A DNA stretch of 63,750 nucleotides, counting the filler, from Octopus bimaculoides (taxonomy: Eukaryota): assembly GCF_001194135.2 (NCBI RefSeq). It is 4 parts of 4 records of this genome, joined end to end, with 100 filler letters (N's around TTAATTAATTAA, not from the genome) between each part and the next. Parts side by side here need not be neighbours in the genome. Positions count along the whole stretch, not along the records: positions 38,296 to 57,337 come from NC_068990.1; positions 57,438 to 63,750 come from NC_069005.1; 2 more parts are not named here. One strand, given 5' to 3'. Below are positions 48,335 to 61,469 of this stretch, piece after piece. The notes beneath the pieces were generated by a model. That model saw only the letters and a list, made by a program, of their open reading frames with translations. It was not told the DNA's origin and searched no databases. The stretch's first letter is position 1. Each line of letters starts with the position of its first letter. The position numbers and the translations under genes were made by a program.

Positions 48335-51300
48335 TATGCTTGACTTTTGCTTTGTATTTGTACAAGTTGATTCCAAGTCTCACCCAGAGACCTCAAGAGA
48401 TAACAATTTAGAAGTTAAAATTGCTGTTATGCCTAGGGTGTCATATATTTGGTTTTGCACATAGTATTGTTCTAGAGAATGCTTAAGAAAACATAAGGAA
48501 ATTATGAGTTTCTTTTAAAATTTGAGATTACATAGACAGTATTTTACGTAGGATATAGGCAGTTCCCATGAGCACTATCTTTTGAATTTCTGCCATTTTG
48601 GGGTTTCCTGGTATCTGAGCCAGGTATGAATCAATCCCTTTTGCTATCATTCCTAGGGAACTTATGACAACAGGTATTGTTTTAGTCTTCAGGTTCCACA
48701 TTTTGCCAATTTCTATTTCAAGATCTTTATACTTGCTCAGCTTTTGGTAGATCTTGACAGATACGTTAATGTCGATTGGGACAGTCATATCAATGAGGAG
48801 GCATGATTTTTGTCTGAAGTCTTTCAGTATAATGTCTGGTCTATTCGCATCTATCTTTCTGTCAGTTTGAACGATGAAGTTTCAGAGGAGTGAGTTGAAA
48901 TCATTTTCAAGCATCAGAGGTGGTTTGTGTTCCCACCAGTTTTTATCATGGGGCAGGTCCAGGTTCTTGTAAATTACTCAGTCAATGTACTGAGCTGCTC
49001 TCTCATGCCTGTTGAGATACTCTGTAGACACAAGAAGACTGCACATGGAGACAACATGATCAATGGTTTCATTTTGTTGTTTACATACACATGTTGGGCT
49101 ATTGCCGTTCTTTAATAAGTTTACTTGGTAGCTCTGTGTAGGTAGGCATTGATCTTGGGCTGCTATGATAAACCCCTCTGTTTCTGATTTTAAACCAGAA
49201 GACACTAACCATTGATGGGTAAAGGCTTTGTCAACATCAGCATTATTATCTCTTTTTGGGGTATTTGCCACTGAGTGGTTTTTCTTGCCATTTATCATTA
49301 AGAATATCTAAGGCAGCAGTTTTAGCAGGGTTTTCACACTCTTAGCTTTTTCTGTGCTTGTTTCCAGTAGTCTAATTTTGGGATTTGTTGTATTTGGAAT
49401 TCACTTAGATATGCCTTTGCCTGTTTTGTTACTGAGTATTATGCTTTCTTGTTTTCGTGCTTTAAGACAAGTTTTAACATCCAGTCATCAGAGTTTTTCA
49501 GGTAGGTGTTTAGGCCAATTGTAGCAATCTTCATTGTTAATTCCAGTTGTTAAAGTCTACAGCTACCTTCTTTCCTTGGCAGGTGAAGTCGTTCTATATC
49601 TGCCTTAGGGTGGTGTATTCTATGCATTGTCAGCAATTTTTGCATTTTTCTGTCAAGATTACATATTTCAGTAATTGACCAGTTAATGATATTGAAACTA
49701 TAAATCACGACCGGTATGGCCAAAGAATTGATCGCTTCGATCTTGTTTCTTGCATTCAGCCCTGTCTTGAGTATTACCATTACCCTGTGATAACATTTTC
49801 TTTTGATCCTTTCCCTCATCATTGAATGTTTGATTCCATCACCTTCAAATACCCCCAGGTATTTGTAGCTCTCTGCTGGTTCTAATTCCTTTATGACATT
49901 CNNNNNNNNNNTACCCCCAGGTATTTGTAGCTCTCTGCTGGTTCTAATTCCTTTATGACATTCTGCTGGTCAAGATTAACATTGAATGTTTCTGTCATTT
50001 TTCCTTTGATGAAGGTGGCTTTTGCACATTTATCGAGGCCAAATTGCATACTGATGTCATCACGGAATTGTTTAACAATCGCTAGTAAGCCCTGTAGTTG
50101 TTGGTCATTTTTTGCAAAGAGCTTTAAATCATCCATGTAAAAGAGATGATTTATATTTTTATTAAACATTTTATAACAGTATTGTATATCACTGAGCAAT
50201 TTCGAGAGGGGTATTAAGGCTAGACAAAAGAGGAGTAGTGATAGAGAGTCACCCTGGAAAATGCCACATGAAATTCTTACATCTCCAGCATTTAGAGATT
50301 CATGGTCACTGTTCAAAGTCAGTGTGGTTCTCCATGATCTCATACTTACAGACAAATTTCGCAGAGTAGGTGCTATTTTATACATTTCCAGACATTTCTT
50401 AATCCATCTATGTTGTAGACTATCAAAAGTTTTTTTATAGTCTATCCAAATTTTGTATCGTTTGGGACAATCTTTCAAGATCATCTTATTGATGAGTAAC
50501 TGATCTTTACAATCATAGGACCCACGTTTATATCCTTTTTGCTCATTAAGGAATATGCCACTTTCTATTAAGGTATATTCAGTCAAGACAGATGTTAGTA
50601 TTTTATACATTATTGTTAAGCAGGTTATGGGTCTATAATTTTTTGGTTCATTTGATTCTTCATTTATTTTGGAAGTAGGAATATAACGCCATTAACTAAC
50701 CCAGAGGAAATCATACTAGGTTGTTGCAAAACATTTTGTTAGCAGTTTATGACTCTCTGGAAAGGCATTCAACCAGAAGTTAGGAATTTTATCTTTTCCC
50801 GGAGACTTCCATTTGCTTGACCTCCTTAGAGCAGATCTTACATCCTCTACCTTGATGCCCTTCCAATTTTGCTCTTCTAAGGAGCCTAAGTCAATAGATA
50901 TTCTATCAATCTAAAGGGCCTTTTCATTGTGTTTTTTCTTCTGCCTAAATTTTATTTCAAAATTCCTGCACTTCTTATTATGGGACAGACTTTAGTGTAA
51001 CTGGTGTTTTCCCTATCCTCCTGTAAATATTTTTTGGGGTTATTTTTGAACATGCTGTCCTTGAAGAATCTAACACGCTTTTCATACTGTGCTATGCGAG
51101 CACATATCTTTTGCTTGATAGTTTCTATGATGGTATCGATGTCAAGTATGGTTTTCATATTATATTTTTTCTTTAGTTTTCGGATTTATGTTAGTTTGAT
51201 AGTCTTGTCAAACTTAAGGTTTTTTTAAACATTCTTTGTCAGACCTGAGTAGCTGAATTTGGTGTTGAACACGCTCTTGCCAAGTAGGCTTTTTGTGGAA

Positions 51301-52200
51301 ATGTTATTGTTTTCTAATCTTTTTATCACATAGAATTATTTGAGATCTTCGCGGATGCATAATACAGGTTGTTGAGATCTGTAATATCAACATCATTAGC
51401 TGAAATGATATCCCTAAGAGTAAGGTGGATTTTACCAATTATTTTCAGGTTTTGGTTAGAGTTGCGAATTTTGGGGAGAGTGTCATGTTCATTCATACTG
51501 GTTTCGTTAATTTTCATCAATTCAATCATGATTTGATTATTTAGATCATCTAGTTCGGTTGGGTCAATTTCTGTGTGACTTTCTTCATCTATTTGATTTT
51601 AATCTACCTTGGTGTTTATGGTTGGTTCAGAGAGTGTTTCACTTTGCTTATCAGTCACATTGACTCTTTCTATCATTACTACATTTTCATCAGACTTGTG
51701 TTGGTCTATAATTATTCCTCAGTAGTATCTTCTTTAGCTGCAACTTCTTTCCCTTTATCCCTTACTGATTATTTAATTTGGTCAACCTCTAATTCAGTTA
51801 GTAATTTCTTTTTGATAATGTTTCTTCTGACGTTGGCAAGTTTGTTACTGTCTATGTAGGATCTTACTTCAAGGTGCTTAATATTAGATTTATTTGTGGG
51901 GGAATACATGGCATGATAGAAGGCCTTAAGAACTTCTTTATTATCTCCCCTAGACCATTTTTCTTTCTTTTTTTTCTTTTTTTTTTTTTTTGGTTATTTG
52001 ATGACAAGCGTGGATGGCCTGTATTGGAATATTCCGGCTGTGGAGTACTTCCAGCTCCTGTGTTTCTGGAATATTTGCACCAGTAGCTGATTTTTCCTCA
52101 TGGTTCCTCATTGGCATGCGCGGCCCTTGTTGACCTGGGTCACAGATGACCCGGTTTGTATTTTGCTTTGTTATCACTGAGTCATTACGAGTTTATGACG
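48335..52200 (-). mobile_element. Near full-length (about 3.9 kb) degenerate R4/Dong-like LINE
   Basis: N-terminal WSRGDNKEVLKAFYHA...KLANVRRNII (about 51800-51960); RT ORF 49891-50610 (GIFQGDSLS, LFYMDDLKL); SGLKSETEG/zinc knuckle 48978-49298; endonuclease 48528-48788. 3' end abuts (TTA)n. Confidence 0.88.
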
Positions 52201-52334
52201 TAGATATTAGGGGACGGATCTGTCTGTTTAGGATAAATTTTTTAAGACAAAACCGCCTCAGAGTTTTCTGAATGAAAACATTGCTCGTAACGTAGCTTCT
52301 TAAGGCTAACAGATCTGTATTCGTCATTATTTTT

Positions 52335-52822
52335 GGTCCAGATGGATTATATGTAATCTGAACCTTTCCCCCCTTATTATNNNNNNNNNNACGTTTTAGG
52401 CTATGGAGATTCCGATTCTGAAAAAAAAATTTTCAAAAATCTCAATTTCAAAATTTCGATCCCCCCACCCCCGGTTTTTATATAGATCCACAGGGTAAAC
52501 CTAACCCTAACTCAAACCCTAACTCAAACCCTAACCCTAACCCTAACCTTGACCGTACCCATGACCCTAACCCTAACCCTAACCCTAACCCTGACCCTAA
52601 CCCTAACCCTAAACCTAAACCTAACCCTAACACTAGTTTTGTGAGATTTGGCTGTTATTTCTAGCATGTAAATAGCCTGCTTGGTGGGGGTGGGGAATTG
52701 AAATTTTTCAAACAATTTTTTTTCAGAATCGGAATCTCCATAGCCTAAAACGTGGGATTCCGTAAAAAAAATTAATAAATAAGGGGGGGAAAGGTTCAGA
52801 TTACATATAGTCCGTCTCCGCC
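52335..52822. mobile_element. Non-autonomous inverted-repeat element (about 490 bp) with GG termini, 8-bp TSD and a telomeric-repeat core
   Basis: Long TIRs (ggtccagatggattatatgtaatctgaacc... versus reverse complement ggcggagacggactatatgtaatctgaacc...; ttttaggctatggagattccgattctgaaaa in both arms). Identical flanks ttattttt at 52327-52334 and 52823-52830. Confidence 0.8.
52497..52631. repeat. Interstitial telomeric repeat (CCCTAA)n / (TTAGGG)n with variant units
   Basis: About 20 hexamer-length units, perfect and variant. Confidence 0.9.
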
Positions 52823-53374
52823 TTATTTTTTTGCTGACAGATTTATCTCCGGGCATAGTTTTTCATGGTGCTTTTAAACTTATGACTTGTTCACTCTATA
52901 TTAGTTCGAAGAATAAAAATAAAACATTTTACTTTGGGGGGCTTCGTTTGTGACACGTGCTTTCATATGCGTGTATGTGTGTCCTGTAAATTTCACGCAG
53001 TTGTGTAAACATTAGGATGTACGTGTAGTTCTATGAGTATTAAAATGTATATATGATTGTGTGTAGACATTTGAGTGTATGCGTAATTAATCAATTTACG
53101 TACTTACTGCTTTGTTCCACTTATATTCTCTCCGATGTTGATTTCGCATGTGTCTTTCGCGCATGTTTCACTGGGGCATCGTGCATAGGAGAAACTGTGC
53201 TTTGTATGGCAGTAAAATTTCGTTTTTGTGATTATTTTCGTTCAAAGGCCGTTTCCTTCAAGTCTTCCACAGGTTCCTTCATCCCATTCCACTGATGTTA
53301 TTAGATTAGACTTGTTTTTGTATGGGGAGCCCAGTGTAGCACATCCATATTGTAATTCAGCGCGGAGCTCTCTA

Positions 53375-53405
<31 letters not shown>

Positions 53406-53557
53406 TCTATTTATTTGTTATATCTTTCTCCGTTTTCTCCCTCTGTTTAGACGAACTTTCCTACCTTTTCGGACAAAACCTTTTGTAACCTTCGTCCTGT
53501 CTTTGTCCTTACATGTTTTTAATTGATATTAGCCCTTGTGGCCAATAAAACGAATGA

Positions 53558-53601
<44 letters not shown>

Positions 53602-53624
53602 ATATTATCATCATCATCATCATT

Positions 53625-54050
53625 TGATTAAAAATCTCAGCTTCTTTTGCTGTGTATAATGGAAAGTGTCAGCCTTCCACAGCCAGCAGACTAAGGTGAC
53701 ACTTGTTAACTGATCATGCTTCAAGAACCCTGCAGAAAACTCTCTCAGTTACAGGCAATGATGATTTTTGTAGGTGTTCTTTCTTTACATTTGTACCATT
53801 CTTGTTGAGCCATGCTGGTAGTTGGGTACTGATGCTTCCAAGCGCACCAATTACTACTGGTATCACGTCCACTCCATTGCCAACAACCTGCGTACTTCCC
53901 ACTTTAAATCATCATAATCGTTCAGTTTTCCAGCCATCTTTTCCTTTGATCCTGTTGTCACCAGAACATGCTATGTCGATTATCGTGCAAGTTTTTTTTT
54001 TCTTTTTATTCCCCACAACAATGTCAGGTTTCTGATGTCTGATCACACTG
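53625..54050 (-). mobile_element. R4/Dong-like LINE 3' fragment (same subfamily as 40005)
   Basis: Shared 3' UTR ccacagccagcagactaaggtgacacttg; ORF 53714-53902; flanked by (TTA)n/(CAT)n and (TTA)n. Confidence 0.8.
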
Positions 54051-54051
54051 A

Positions 54052-54092
<41 letters not shown>

Positions 54093-54104
54093 TATTATTA
54101 TTAT

Positions 54105-55030
54105 TCAGTAGTTTTATTTTTATAACGTGCTTTCACTTCACTACCGAGCGCAGCTCTGTGCGCCTTGGGTATGTGCTGTGGTTTGCTGTGGTGCTCTTAT
54201 GTTTACTGTACTGAAAGTGTTTTGCGTAGAATGTGTGCAGTACCCAGTAGTGCAATTTTCTGTATGTTATATATATTTGTAAGTCCTGGTGTTTTTGTTA
54301 TGTATTTGTCTGAATATTTTTTTATTATACCTAAGGCACCTACTATGATAGGAATTGTTTCTGTTTTTAGATTCCACATTCGAGTTATCTCNNNNNNNNN
54401 NNNNNNNNNNNNNNNNNNNNNNNNNNNNNNNNNNNNNNNNNNNNNNNNNNNNNNNNNNNNNNNNNNNNNNNNNNNNNNNNNNNNNNNNNNNNNNNNNNNN
54501 NNNNNNNNNNNNNNNNNNNNNNNNNNNNNNNNNNNNNNNNNNNNNNNNNNNNNNNNNNNNNNNNNNNNNNNNNNNNNNNNNNNNNNNNNNNNNNNNNNNN
54601 NNNNNNNNNNNNNNNNNNNNNNNNNNNNNNNNNNNNNNNNNNNNNNNNNNNNNNNNNNNNNNNNNNNNNNNNNNNNNNNNNNNNNNNNNNNNNNNNNNNN
54701 NNNNNNNNNNNNNNNNNNNNNNNNNNNNNNNNNNNNNNNNNNNNCTATTCCATAATGTTGGCATAGCTTCCAGTGTATATAGGTCCCAGCTCTGTCGTGT
54801 CTGTGAATATATTCCTTCTTAGCCAGGACTGGGCAGCCAGAGATAATATGATTTATTGTTTCTTGTCGATCTCCACATATTCTACAGTTACTTGTTATAT
54901 TTCTTTTCATTATGTGTTTTTGGTAATTTCTGGTGGGGAGGCTTTGGTCTTGTGCAGCAATTAAAAATCCTTCAGTCTCTGCTTTGAGTCCTGAGCTTCT
55001 CAGCCATTGCTGGGATTTTTCTCTGTCTTT
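54105..55030 (-). mobile_element. 5'-truncated R4/Dong-like LINE in (TTA)n (same subfamily as 45322)
   Basis: WLRSSGLKAETEGFLIAAQDQ, CRICGDRQETINHIISGC (CCHC), RHD and TAHILRKTLSVQ*; (TTA)n at both ends. Confidence 0.9.
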
Positions 55031-55078
55031 ATTATTATTATTATTATTGTTATTATTATTATCATTATTATTATTATT

Positions 55079-55315
55079 AAGGCGACGAGCTGGCAAAATC
55101 ATTACCGCACCAGGCAAAATCATTACCGCACCAGGCAAAATGCTTAGCAACATTTCGTCCATCTTAACGTCCTGAGTTCAAATTCTGCTGAGGTTGACTT
55201 TGTATTTCATCCTTTCGGGGTCCATAAAATAGGTACCAGTTGAATGTTGGGTCGATGTAATCGACTTACCCTCTCCACCGAAACTGCTGGCCTTGTGCCA
55301 AAATTTGAAGCCGTC
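55079..55315 (+). mobile_element. aaggcggcgagctgg SINE with an internal 23-bp duplication
   Basis: ggcaaaatcattaccgcacca occurs twice; preceded by (TTA)n and followed by an att-rich tail. Confidence 0.85.
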
Positions 55316-55559
55316 ATTATTATTTTGATTATTAATATATTTGCTGCGGAATACGCCAGGCATGTTTTCGAACACACTGAGTAAGTCCTGTTAAAATTGT
55401 TGGTTTGACCCGTTTGGCACTGGGTTGGGGGTGGTTGTATATGTATGTAAAAGTTTTGTAGTAATCTGTTACTAAGAACACCAGGAACCTTTTACTGGTG
55501 ATTTGTGTTGTTTTGCCCTGTAAGGGGCAATATCTTGCTTATCCCAACAAAAAAACTCT

Positions 55560-57340
55560 CGGTTGGCATTTACAAACAAAATCTATAGATTCTTTTGCAC
55601 ACCACAACTGATGCTTCGTAAGTTCAACTTTTCTCTCAAGGTACTGATACTCTGTCTAGTATGCACACTGACATTACGCATCCATCAGAGCATACTGGCT
55701 TCATTCCTTGCAAGCCTACGCATGTCCTCAGCAGTCACAGCCCATGTTTCACTGCCATGAAGCATGGCTGTTCGTACACATGCGTCATACAGTCTGCCTT
55801 TTACTCTGAGTGAGAGTCCCCTTGTCACTAGCAGATGTAAGAGCTCTCTGAACTTTGCCCAGGCTATTCTTATTCAAGCAGCTACACTTTCAGCGCACCC
55901 TCCCCCACTACTAACTTGGTCACCTAGATAGCGGAAGCNNNNNNNNNNNNNNNNNNNNNNNNNNNNNNNNNNNNNNNNNNNNNNNNNNNNNNNNNNNNNN
56001 NNNNNNNNNNNNNNNNNNNNNNNNNNNNNNNNNNNNNNNNNNNNNNNNNNNNNNNNNNNNNNNNNNNNNNNNNNNNNNNNNNNNNNNNNNNNNNNNNNNN
56101 NNNNNNNNNNNNNNNNNNNNNNNNNNNNNNNNNNNNNNNNNNNNNNNNNNNNNNNNNNNNNNNNNNNNNNNNNNNNGGGATCGGGGAACCCTGTCAAAGG
56201 CTTCCTCCATGTCGCCAGGTACAGAGGTTTATCCTTGGCTAGGTATTTCTCCTGAAGTTGTCTTACCAGAAATATAGCATCAGTGGTGCTTTTCCCAGGC
56301 ACAAACCCAAACTGCATCTCATCTAAAATCACCCGCTCCCTGAGTAGTTGGGCTATGACCCTCTCCGTGACTTTCATTACCTGATCTAACAACTTGATAC
56401 CCCTGTAATTATTTGTATCTAAAGCGTCACCTTTACCTTTGTAGCAGTTGACTATGCTGCTGCTACACCAGTCATTGGGTATGACTCCTTCGTGTATCAG
56501 CTGGTTCGTAATACGGATGACTAGGCTATAGTCGACACTGCCAGATATTTTGAGCATTTCTGCAGTGATTCCTGATGGGCCGGGGGCCTTCCCTGTCTTC
56601 ATACTCTTAATTGCTTTATCTACCATGGTACTGTCAACTCGGATAGCTGGTCCCTCAGTTGGGTCGACATTGGGCAGACTCTCTTTCTCCCATTCATTCT
56701 TTTTATTAAGTAATCTTTCGTAGTGGCGTCTCCAAACCTCTTTCTTTGCAGCCTCGTTTAGTGCAAGCGTACCATCATCCATGCGAACACATTTCTCTCC
56801 CACGACATCACGATTCTCTCTCACACACTGTCTTGCAACACGAAATACCTCAGGTCTTTGGTCCTCATGGCGCAGAACACTGGCAAACTTTTTCTTATCT
56901 GCCTCCTCTCTGGCTAAATAAACCTGTCGCCTAGCTTCCCTTCCGGCAGATTGGTACAATTCCCTGCTACCGCCGTTCTTCCAGTCCTTCCAGGCCTGTT
57001 TCTTTTCCCTAATTGCCCTGTCAACAACATTGTTCCACCACCACGTTATTTTTGGTTGAGAGGGGACTCTGCACCATCCACAGATCTGGTCAGTAGCCCT
57101 CAGCAGGTTGTCCCGTAGAAACGTCCAGTTGTCTTCTACATTGTGTGAAGCTACATCCCCCTCTATTTCGTCAAAGGCTTCGAGTAATACGTCTCTAAAT
57201 CTCTGTCCATTCGCAGGATCTTTGAGCTTCCAGACCCTTCTCCTCCAAGCTGGTCGTCTTCTAGGCAACCACTTAGCCCTGATCCTGAAGTCACTAACTA
57301 CTAGTCTATGTTGTGGGGGTACATTCTTCGCCTGGGANNN
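55560..57340 (-). mobile_element. RTE-clade LINE, RT region, relatively well preserved
   Basis: ORF 55874-57268: TWWWNN, KAPGPSGITAEMLK, NYRGIKLL, QFGFVPGKSTTDAIFLVRQLQEKY, FRYLGD. Interrupted by N gaps. Confidence 0.9.
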
Positions 57341-57507
57341 NNNNNNNNNNNNNNNNNNNNNNNNNNNNNNNNNNNNNNNNNTTAATTAATTAANNNNNNN
57401 NNNNNNNNNNNNNNNNNNNNNNNNNNNNNNNNNNNNNAATACACAACTTAGAAATGTTATGTATTTCGCCATCTTTAAGCTATTATTATTTGATTTCTTT
57501 TGTATTG

Positions 57508-57593
<86 letters not shown>

Positions 57594-57609
57594 CATCGTC
57601 ATTATTATT

Positions 57610-57830
57610 AAGGCAGCGAGCTGGCAGAATGGTTAGCACGCTGGACGAAATGCTTAGCGGTATTTCGCTCGTCTCTACGTTCTGAGTTCAAATTCCCCTG
57701 AGGTTTGACTTTGCCTTTCATCCTTTCGATGTGGAAAAATTAAGTACCAGTGAAACACTGGTGTTGATGTAATCGACAATCCCCCCCCCACACACAAAAT
57801 CCAGATCTTGTGCCTCTAGTAGAAAGGATT
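57610..57830 (+). mobile_element. aaggcggcgagctgg SINE flanked by (TTA)n/(ATT)n
   Basis: Full head to tail (...gtgcctctagtagaaagg attatt...). Confidence 0.85.
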
Positions 57831-57869
57831 ATTGTTATTATTATTGTTGTTATTATTATTATTGTTATT

Positions 57870-58620
57870 ATTATCTATGATCTTTCACTACTTATTTTTT
57901 CCTCTCTAATCAAATTCGGTCTTCTTGTTTCAATAGGATAGTCAGGTTTTATAGGGAAATCCTACGTCTTATAAATCTCATTCGTGCTTATACCACTTCT
58001 TTCTTGTTTTAAAATAACATATTCGGCTAACATCCCAATGCCTACGCAGTCATGTCTGCGTTTATACTCCTTTTGTGCTAGTATACTGCACTCACTCTAA
58101 AGGTGATTGTTACTTTCGTCTCCTTTCCTGCAGATTCTACATTTGTTGGCGGGCTGAGTTTTGCCGATCTTTGCCTTTATCAGATTTCTTCTGAGAACTT
58201 GTTCCTGGACGGATATAATTAACGTTTCTGCCTCTCGTTTCAAATTCCCGTCTGTCAACCAAAGCCAGTGATCTTTATTTCCAACATTCTCAGCTTGTTG
58301 CATGAATTGGCCATGTACCTTCATTTCTTTCCATTTGATCATTCTGTTCTCCCTTCTCTCTTTCAATTGTCCTATTGTTTCTGTCACTTTAAGGATATCT
58401 CTGACTGCTGAAAGTATTCTTTCTTTGCCCTGCACAGCATAATTTTTCAGACCCAGTATCGCAGTATTAACAGTACCTTCTGCATTTAGTCATCCTCAGC
58501 CACCTTCCTTTCCTCGTAGGTAGAACCGCTCGGTATAGCTTTTATGAGCAGCTTTCTCGTTTTCTATCCAAGTTCTGTCGCTCGAGCTTTGTCCATTTCA
58601 GAAGAGGGGTAGAGTGTCTC
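57870..58620 (-). mobile_element. Degenerate R4/Dong-like LINE fragment
   Basis: ORF 58097-58435: WKEMKVHGQF...WLWLTDGNLKREAETLIISVQEQ...CRICRK..ESNNHL. Confidence 0.75.
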
Positions 58621-59073
58621 AAAAAATGTTCCCTCAATTTAATTTTGCTTCGAACACTTTCCTAATTCTCCTCTTGTACTAACTAGTGACTTTCTTTCTC
58701 TTTTCTCCTTCCATTATCCTCTCGTCTTGCAGAACTCCTTGCTATTATTCCACAGCGATTTAATGATATTGTTTTGTGGTAATTTTCTGCCATCATAGTT
58801 TACATTCCGGCCGCTCTTCATAATTAGCACTGCTCACCTATCGATCCCAAACAGCAGCCCAGTATCTTTCCTGAATATTCTCACTGTTTGGATCAACGAT
58901 TACAGGTTTGTCTTATTTTTGTATGCAACTTGAGATCATCCATATAAAGTGAGTGACTTATTCTCATCTTGGATTTGGTAGACACATGGGCAGCTCTGGA
59001 TTTTCTTAGTATACTTGTGAGGAGGATATGCGCAATGACATAGATATCATTATTATTGTTGTAATCATTATTA

Positions 59074-59121
<48 letters not shown>

Positions 59122-59828
59122 GCGGGATTTGTGGAAATTACATGGAACGAAAAACATTAAGAGGAGCGGTTTACGAAAGAACGGATAATTTGCATTTTTA
59201 TTGCATATAACTCTCATTGTTGATTGTGCAATGAATATATAATAACAATCTATATAATACTTAATATATATATATATCATTTGTTAGTGATAAATTTCAC
59301 TGAAACTGCAAAATCAATATATAATTGCACATTCCTTATTACGCAATATTTTATCATGATTACATTTCATTATAGACAATTAATGTACACAAAACGATAT
59401 AGAAAATATACACAATGTTTTTATTTACATGATTGTTTTCAAATCCAGTGCAAATTAAAATGGGATAATATACACGCCAGTTTTACTAAGTTATTTCACG
59501 TATTATAACTGAACATAAAATGAAACATACGTCTGTGCTTTATTTTATGTTTAGCTATAATAAAAACAAATTTACATTAAGCTGATGGGTTACTCTATAC
59601 TTGTGTAGAGTACAAATTTATTGTTCTTAAACTAGAACATTATTGAGGGTGAAACAAGCCGAAATTTCGAAGCCACTGACAATGATATTCTTGGTTAAGA
59701 ATAATATATATATATGTATATATATATATATATCGTATATCATATGCATGTATGTGTGTGTGCATGTATAATACAACCACTTTCATTAGAACAGACACAT
59801 ATACACAGAACTNNNNNNNNNNNNNNNN

Positions 59829-59861
<33 letters not shown>

Positions 59862-60012
59862 CATACATATATATAGATGTATATATATATATATATCGTA
59901 TATCATATGCATGTATGTGTGTGTGCATGTATAATACAACCACTTTCATTAGAACAGACACATATACACAGAACTGCATGCACACGCAGTTGCACACACA
60001 CATACACACACA

Positions 60013-60054
<42 letters not shown>

Positions 60055-60148
60055 GGCAAACGCATGTCTCTATTCATAACCCGAAAGATAATCATATGTA
60101 GATACATAAGGTCATAAAGACTAGTGCATAGATAGACAGACAGATACT

Positions 60149-60185
<37 letters not shown>

Positions 60186-61214
60186 CGATAGATATTGATA
60201 TCAATATAGATATAGATATGCATATAAATGATACCTTTCGCGTGCGCATGGCAGACAGAGAGAGAGAGAGAGAGAGAATGTGTGTGTGTGTGTGCCCGGC
60301 GCGCGCGTGCCTGTGGCTGAGTGTGTGCCAGCATTCCATTTAACACAGCAAACTTATCATCATCATCGTCATCGTCGTCGTCGTCATCATTATCATTATC
60401 ATCATAANNNNNNNNNNNNNNNNNNNNNNNNNNNNNNNNNNNNNNNNNNNNNNNNNNNNNNNNNNNNNNNNNNNNNNNNNNNNNNNNNNNNNNNNNNNNN
60501 NNNNNNNNNNNNNNNNNNNNNNNNNNNNNNNNNNNNNNNNNNNNNNNNNNNNNNNNNNNNNNNNNNNNNNNNNNNNNNNNNNNNNNNNNNNNNNNNNNNN
60601 NNNNNNNNNNNNNNNNNNNNNNNNNNNNNNNNNNNNNNNNNNNNNNNNNNNNNNNNNNNNNNNNNNNNNNNNNNNNNNNNNNNNNNNNNNNNNNNNNNNN
60701 NNNNNNNNNNNNNNNNNNNNNNNNNNNNNNNNNNNNNNNNNNNNNNNNNNNNNNNNNNNNNNNNNNNNNNNNNNNNNNNNNNNNNNNNNNNNNNNNNNNN
60801 NNNNNNNNNNNNNNNNNNNNNNNNNNNNNNNNNNNNNNNNNNNNNNNNNNNNNNNNNNNNNNNNNNNNNNNNNNNNNNNNNNNNNNNNNNNNNNNNNNNN
60901 NNNNNNNNNNNNNNNNNNNNNNNNNNNNNNNNNNNNNNNNNNNNNNATATATATCCATTTATATTTATTTATATTTATGTATATTACATTTAATATTCCC
61001 ATTAAATATAAAAGATTGGGAAATGTTCTAGAAGGAAAACACAAAATCTGCTGAACTATGTAATACAGTGTCACTACAGGACGGCCATGTTGATATCTCT
61101 GTGGATGAAATGTCACGTATGTAGGTTGTTTTTCGTTGTTGAAGTCCTATCTCTACGTCATCGTCGTCGTCGTCGTCTTTGTCATCTGTGCTAACATTCG
61201 TCGACGTCATTGTT

Positions 61215-61455
61215 TCTGGGATGGTTTCTGTTTATTAGGCTTTTTGGGTTATCTCTATTTCCAGATCTATGTATTCTGAGAGTTTCTTTGTTTGTTTTAG
61301 CGATACATTGTCATCTGTTGCGATTGATACATCGATTAGAAAACATTTTTTTCTGTAATCTCTGACAATTATATCCAGTCTATTAGCCTTGATTTTTGTA
61401 TCTATGTGTATTGACATATCCCAGAGTATGGTTGCTTTATCATTATCTGTCATTT
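61215..61455 (-). mobile_element. R4/Dong-like endonuclease fragment
   Basis: ORF 61235-61453: KATILWDMSIH..KANRLDII...FLIDVSI...YIDLEIE. Confidence 0.75.
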
Positions 61456-61469
61456 ATCATCATCATCAT

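Noticed and set aside
49850-49963. 52-bp direct repeat inside the LINE RT region
   Set aside because: The copies flank a 10-N gap; most likely an unmerged contig overlap.
52497-52631. True chromosome end or telomere-healing site
   Set aside because: Short, degenerate, internal and enclosed by TIRs; treated as part of the mobile element.
59712-59995. About 100-bp tandem duplication
   Set aside because: The copies flank a short N gap; probable assembly overlap.
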